The position numbers and the translations under genes are program-made. DNA of 32,000 nucleotides, taken from Methylorubrum extorquens. Lineage in GTDB: Bacteria; Pseudomonadota; Alphaproteobacteria; Rhizobiales; Beijerinckiaceae. The stretch spans positions 1 to 32,000 of the forward strand of contig LT962688.1 in assembly GCA_900234795.1 (NCBI GenBank), read 5' to 3'. Of this stretch, positions 28,601 through 32,000 are shown piece by piece. Below the pieces are notes generated by a model. It saw nothing but the letters and a program-made list of their open reading frames with translations, was not told the DNA's origin and ran no database searches. The first letter of the stretch is position 1. Every line of letters starts with the position of its first letter.

Positions 28601-30481
28601 ATGGTCGATCTGATCCCGCGCGCGCATCTCTTCGGCAACCCGACGCGCTACGGTCATCAGATCAGCCCCGACGGGCGCCGCCTCGGTTGGGTGGCGCCCC
28701 ACGAGGGCGTGCTCAACATCTGGTCGGCGCCGATCGACGACCTCGACGCCGCCGTGCCCGTCACCACCGATCGGCGCCGCGGCATCGATGCCTACGCCTT
28801 CGCCTATGACGGGCGCCACCTGCTCTACGTGCAGGACGCGGACGGCGACGAGAACCACCACCTCTACGCCGTCGATCTCACCACGGGCGAGCGGCGCGAT
28901 CTGACGCCGATCCCCGGCATCGCCGCGGCGATCGTGGGCCTCAGCCGCATCGTGCGCGACCGCGTGCTCGTCGCGATCAACGACCGCGACCCGCGCTTCC
29001 ACGACCTGCACAGCATCGATCTCGCCACCGGCGAGCGTAGCCTCGTGATCGAGAATCCGGGCTTTGCCGGGTTCCTGATCGACGAGCGCTACGCCGTGCG
29101 CTTCGCCTTCCGCAACCTTCCGGACGGTTCGAGCCAGTTGATTGCCCCCGATGGCGCGAACTGGAAGCCGTGGCTCACCTTCCCGCCCGAGGATGCCCGC
29201 GTCTCCGGCGCGGAGAATCTCGACGCCGCCGGCACCGCCCTGTTCTGCCGCGACAGCCGCGGGCACAACACCGCGGCGCTCACCCGCATCGATCTCGCCA
29301 CCGGTGAGACCCGCGTGCTCGCCGCGCACGAGGAGGCGGATATCGGCGCGGTGCTGCAGGATGCCGTGACGCACGAGCCGGTGGCCTACTCGGTCACCCA
29401 TGCCCGCAAATCCTGGCACGTGCTCGACCCGCGCTTGACCGACGACTTCGCCTTCCTCGAAACACAGGGGCTCGGCGATTGGTACCCGGCGAGCCGGACC
29501 GAGGACGATGCGCTCTGGATCGTGGTGGCCCGCGCCGACACCCGCATCGGCGAGGCCGCGGTCTACGACCGGCAGGCAAAGACGCTGCGCTCGCTCGGCA
29601 GCGCCCGGCCGGAACTGGAGGGTGCGCCGCTCGCCCCGATGAGCCCGGCGATCATCCGCTCCCGCGATGGGCTCGACCTCGTCTCGTATCTGAGCCGCCC
29701 GCTCGATGCACAGGCCCCCGGCCCGCTGGTGCTGCTCGTCCATGGCGGCCCATGGGCGCGCGACAGCTTCGGCTTCGACGGCCTCCATCAATGGCTGGCC
29801 AATCGCGGCTATGCCGCGCTCAGCGTCAACTTCCGCTCCTCGACCGGCTTCGGGAAAGCCTTCCTCAATGCGGGCGACCGCGAATGGGGTCGGCGGATGG
29901 ACGACGACCTCAGCGACGCCGTCGCCTGGGCGGTGGCGCAAGGTGTGGCCGATCCGGCTCGCATCGCGATCATGGGCGGCAGCTACGGCGGCTATGCCAC
30001 GCTGATGGCGCTGACCCGCAACCCCGGATCGTACGCCTGCGGCATCGACCTCGTCGGCCCGGCCAACCTCGAAACCCTGGTGCGGACGATCCCGCCCTAT
30101 TGGGAGGCGATGCGGGCGCAGCTCCACCGCGCCATCGGCGATCCCGACACCGAGGAAGGCATGGCGCTGATCCGCGAGCGCTCCCCGGTTTATTTCGCCG
30201 ACCGGATCAAGGCGCCGCTGCTGATCGTACAGGGCGCCAACGATCCGCGGGTGAAACAGGCCGAGTCGGACCAGATGGTCGCGGCGATGGAGCGCGGCGG
30301 CATCCCCGTGACCTACCTGCTGTTTCCGGACGAGGGCCACGGCCTCGTGCGCCCGGCCAACCGGCTGGCCTTCTTCGCGCGTGCAGAAGAGTTCCTGGCA
30401 CGCCATCTCGGCGGGCGCTGCGAGCCGATCCGCGAGGACGAATCGGCCGGGACGTCGATGCAGGTGGTGCGGGAGGGATAG
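28601..30481 (+). CDS. S9 family serine peptidase (prolyl oligopeptidase / DPP-like)
   Basis: N-terminal beta-propeller-like half. The C-terminal alpha/beta hydrolase part has the nucleophile elbow GGSYGGY, then QGANDPRV (Asp) and PDEGHG (His) in S9 order. I see no signal peptide. Confidence 0.88.
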   Translation: MVDLIPRAHLFGNPTRYGHQISPDGRRLGWVAPHEGVLNIWSAPIDDLDAAVPVTTDRRRGIDAYAFAYDGRHLLYVQDADGDENHHLYAVDLTTGERRDLTPIPGIAAAIVGLSRIVRDRVLVAINDRDPRFHDLHSIDLATGERSLVIENPGFAGFLIDERYAVRFAFRNLPDGSSQLIAPDGANWKPWLTFPPEDARVSGAENLDAAGTALFCRDSRGHNTAALTRIDLATGETRVLAAHEEADIGAVLQDAVTHEPVAYSVTHARKSWHVLDPRLTDDFAFLETQGLGDWYPASRTEDDALWIVVARADTRIGEAAVYDRQAKTLRSLGSARPELEGAPLAPMSPAIIRSRDGLDLVSYLSRPLDAQAPGPLVLLVHGGPWARDSFGFDGLHQWLANRGYAALSVNFRSSTGFGKAFLNAGDREWGRRMDDDLSDAVAWAVAQGVADPARIAIMGGSYGGYATLMALTRNPGSYACGIDLVGPANLETLVRTIPPYWEAMRAQLHRAIGDPDTEEGMALIRERSPVYFADRIKAPLLIVQGANDPRVKQAESDQMVAAMERGGIPVTYLLFPDEGHGLVRPANRLAFFARAEEFLARHLGGRCEPIREDESAGTSMQVVREG

Positions 30482-30500
30482 GCGCGCCTCCCGATCCCAT

Positions 30501-30531
30501 GGCCATGCCGGCGGCCTTCGCCGGCATGGCC
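30501..30531. terminator. 13-bp perfect hairpin between convergent genes (likely terminator)
   Basis: GGCCATGCCGGCG (30501-30513), loop GCCTT, then CGCCGGCATGGCC (30519-30531), followed on the + strand by TGTCTTG. It lies between the S9 peptidase stop (30481) and the acidic-protein stop (30559). Confidence 0.55.
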
Positions 30532-30558
30532 TGTCTTGATGCGGAGATCCGCGTTCCG

Positions 30559-30906
30559 TCAGGCGTCGAGCGTCTGATCCTCGTCCTCGTCGTCGATGTC
30601 CACGAGGAAGACGATGTCGGCCTCGTCCTCGTCGTCCGAGCCGTCGCCTTCCGCTTCGTGCTGCGCGTCGGGCTCGAAATCGCCCTCGCCGTCATCGGAG
30701 GCGAGCGCGTCCTCGAACTCTTCGATCTCGTCCTCATTGGCCTTGCGTACGATCAGGTCCGACGTGCCGTTCCAGATCGGCTGGCCGTCGATCGTCATCG
30801 TGCGGATGTCTTCCTTGAAGCCGTCGCAGGTGAACAGGTCGCGGGCGGTCGCCTCGTCGCCGTTGATGACCGCGATCGCCTTGCCGTCGATCTCGAGCGT
30901 GAACAT
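30559..30906 (-). CDS. Small protein with extremely acidic C-terminal tail (115 aa)
   Basis: ATG 30906. The N-terminal roughly 55 aa look globular (MFTLEIDGKAIAVINGDEATARDLFTCDGFKEDIRTMTIDGQPIWNG..). The last 59 aa contain 30 D/E and no K/R. Only the 3' end of track ORF 30559..31812 is used. Confidence 0.6.
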   Translation of the reverse strand: MFTLEIDGKAIAVINGDEATARDLFTCDGFKEDIRTMTIDGQPIWNGTSDLIVRKANEDEIEEFEDALASDDGEGDFEPDAQHEAEGDGSDDEDEADIVFLVDIDDEDEDQTLDA

Positions 30907-31091
30907 CGGGACTGTCCTCGAAAGAGGGAAAAGAGCCGCGGGCCGACGGGCGGCACTGCGCGGGAAACCCGCACCGGACTGGCCGGGTTCGGCGGCGCTT
31001 GTAGGACGCCGGGGCCGGATTCGTCGATGGGCGAAAGCCGCGCGTTCAGGGCAATCGCCGCAAAGCGACGAACCACGCTCGCGAATTTGCT

Positions 31092-32000
31092 TCAGGTGCC
31101 GCTGCTGCCCCGCGAGACGGCCCGCTTCACGACGGCCTGAACCTCGCGGTTCGACAGGAACAGATCGTGGTTGAAGAGGCCGCCGCCGTAATCCGACGCA
31201 TCGGCCACGCGCACGCCCAGAGCCTCCAGGCGCTCCCGGTCGGCGGCGCCCGCACGGACGACGCCGCCGGCAATGGCGCCCGACAGTTCGAGCGCGCGGT
31301 CGTTCGTCGCCGAGATGACGGTGATGCGCTTGGCGTCCGGGCCCAGGCGCTCGACGCCGTTGGTGAACAGGTCGATGTCGATGTCGGGCGCGGCAAGTAC
31401 CACCGCGCCGATCCGGGCGACCGCCGCCTCGCCGGCCTCGGCCCGCAGCATGCGCAGCGTCTCCAGTGTGAGGAGCGTGCCCATCGAGTGGGCGACGATG
31501 TGGATGCGCCCGCCGCTCGGCGTGGTCGCCACGGTCTTCAAGAGGTCCTCGAACGCGTCGCGGGACCACAGCGCGCTCTCGCGGTCGTAGCCGTAATCGA
31601 AGGTCGCCGCCGCCGAGGGCCATGTAAACAGGGCCGATGCCCCGTTGAAGCGGATGCCGTCGGAGAGGCGGGCGGCGCTGATCGCGGCCGATTCGAAGCT
31701 TTCGCGGTAGCCGTGGACGTAGATCAGCACGTCGCGGCCGAAGGCGGATTGGGCGAAGGCCGCCGCCGCGCCCGACCCCGTCGTGACGTCGCCGACGGAG
31801 CGGACGCCCCAATCGCCGCCCACCACCGCCGAAACCTTGCCGATCAGTGAGCGGTCCGGCGCGGTCATGCGCGCCTCGGCAAAGCTCAGGCCCCGGCCGC
31901 GCTCCGAGCCGAAGAACGGCGCTTTGGGCGGATTGCCGGCGGCAGGGCGACGGGTGGTGGCGATGAGGAGCACCGGGCTCACGTCGAGCGCCGACTGCGT
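31092..32000 (-). CDS. Alpha/beta hydrolase, DUF900-like, 5' end probably outside window
   Basis: VLIYVHGYRESFE, nucleophile elbow IVAHSMGT, then AAPDID.. and SATNDRAL, as in DUF900 esterase-like proteins. The frame remains open from 31982 to base 32000. Confidence 0.7.
   Translation of the reverse strand, partial: TQSALDVSPVLLIATTRRPAAGNPPKAPFFGSERGRGLSFAEARMTAPDRSLIGKVSAVVGGDWGVRSVGDVTTGSGAAAAFAQSAFGRDVLIYVHGYRESFESAAISAARLSDGIRFNGASALFTWPSAAATFDYGYDRESALWSRDAFEDLLKTVATTPSGGRIHIVAHSMGTLLTLETLRMLRAEAGEAAVARIGAVVLAAPDIDIDLFTNGVERLGPDAKRITVISATNDRALELSGAIAGGVVRAGAADRERLEALGVRVADASDYGGGLFNHDLFLSNREVQAVVKRAVSRGSSGT

Noticed and set aside
28469-30406. 645-aa minus-strand ORF antisense to the S9 peptidase gene
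   Set aside because: It has the same artefact composition, and the + strand carries the GGSYGG/Asp/His triad.
30907-31812. Upstream 300 codons of track ORF 30559..31812
   Set aside because: It overlaps the DUF900 hydrolase gene in another frame with an R/G/P-rich translation. The real gene starts at ATG 30906.

Overview
Very GC-rich (roughly 70% by eye, not computed) bacterial chromosomal segment. The proteins look alphaproteobacterial, Rhizobiales/Methylobacterium-like; this rests on recollected protein similarity, not a search. There are about 28 protein genes on both strands, mostly core housekeeping: aqpZ (partial), a short PhoH-like ATPase, uvrD, an AsmA-like giant envelope protein, putA, an exported glutathione peroxidase, argJ-SIMPL-mutT, a DUF427/methyltransferase pair, comF, a NarK-like MFS transporter, sbcDC, an L,D-transpeptidase, an S9 peptidase and a DUF900-type hydrolase (partial). 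Several small exported or acidic proteins of unknown function lie between them. I recognised no rRNA, tRNA, CRISPR array, transposase or integrase. The most striking observation is in the first 9 kb: uvrD, the asmA-like gene and putA are each broken by two single-base homopolymer length changes (six in about 6.2 kb). No frame breaks were seen in the conserved genes of the remaining coding sequence (about 18 kb), including the 3.7-kb sbcC. This is either a local assembly-quality problem or recent pseudogenisation that includes a mismatch-repair helicase. Other points are a perfect 22-bp inverted-repeat element (11626-11676), an exact GGAAC-N16-CGTT (EcfG-type general stress) promoter motif before a glycine-zipper peptide gene, and a receiver-like protein lacking the acidic pocket next to gpx. 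There is also an SD-sequestering nested hairpin before the S9 peptidase gene, plus several uncharacterised small proteins. I found no convincing novel multi-gene system such as a defence island. The window reads as ordinary core genome, and the many long antisense ORFs in the track are GC-content artefacts.
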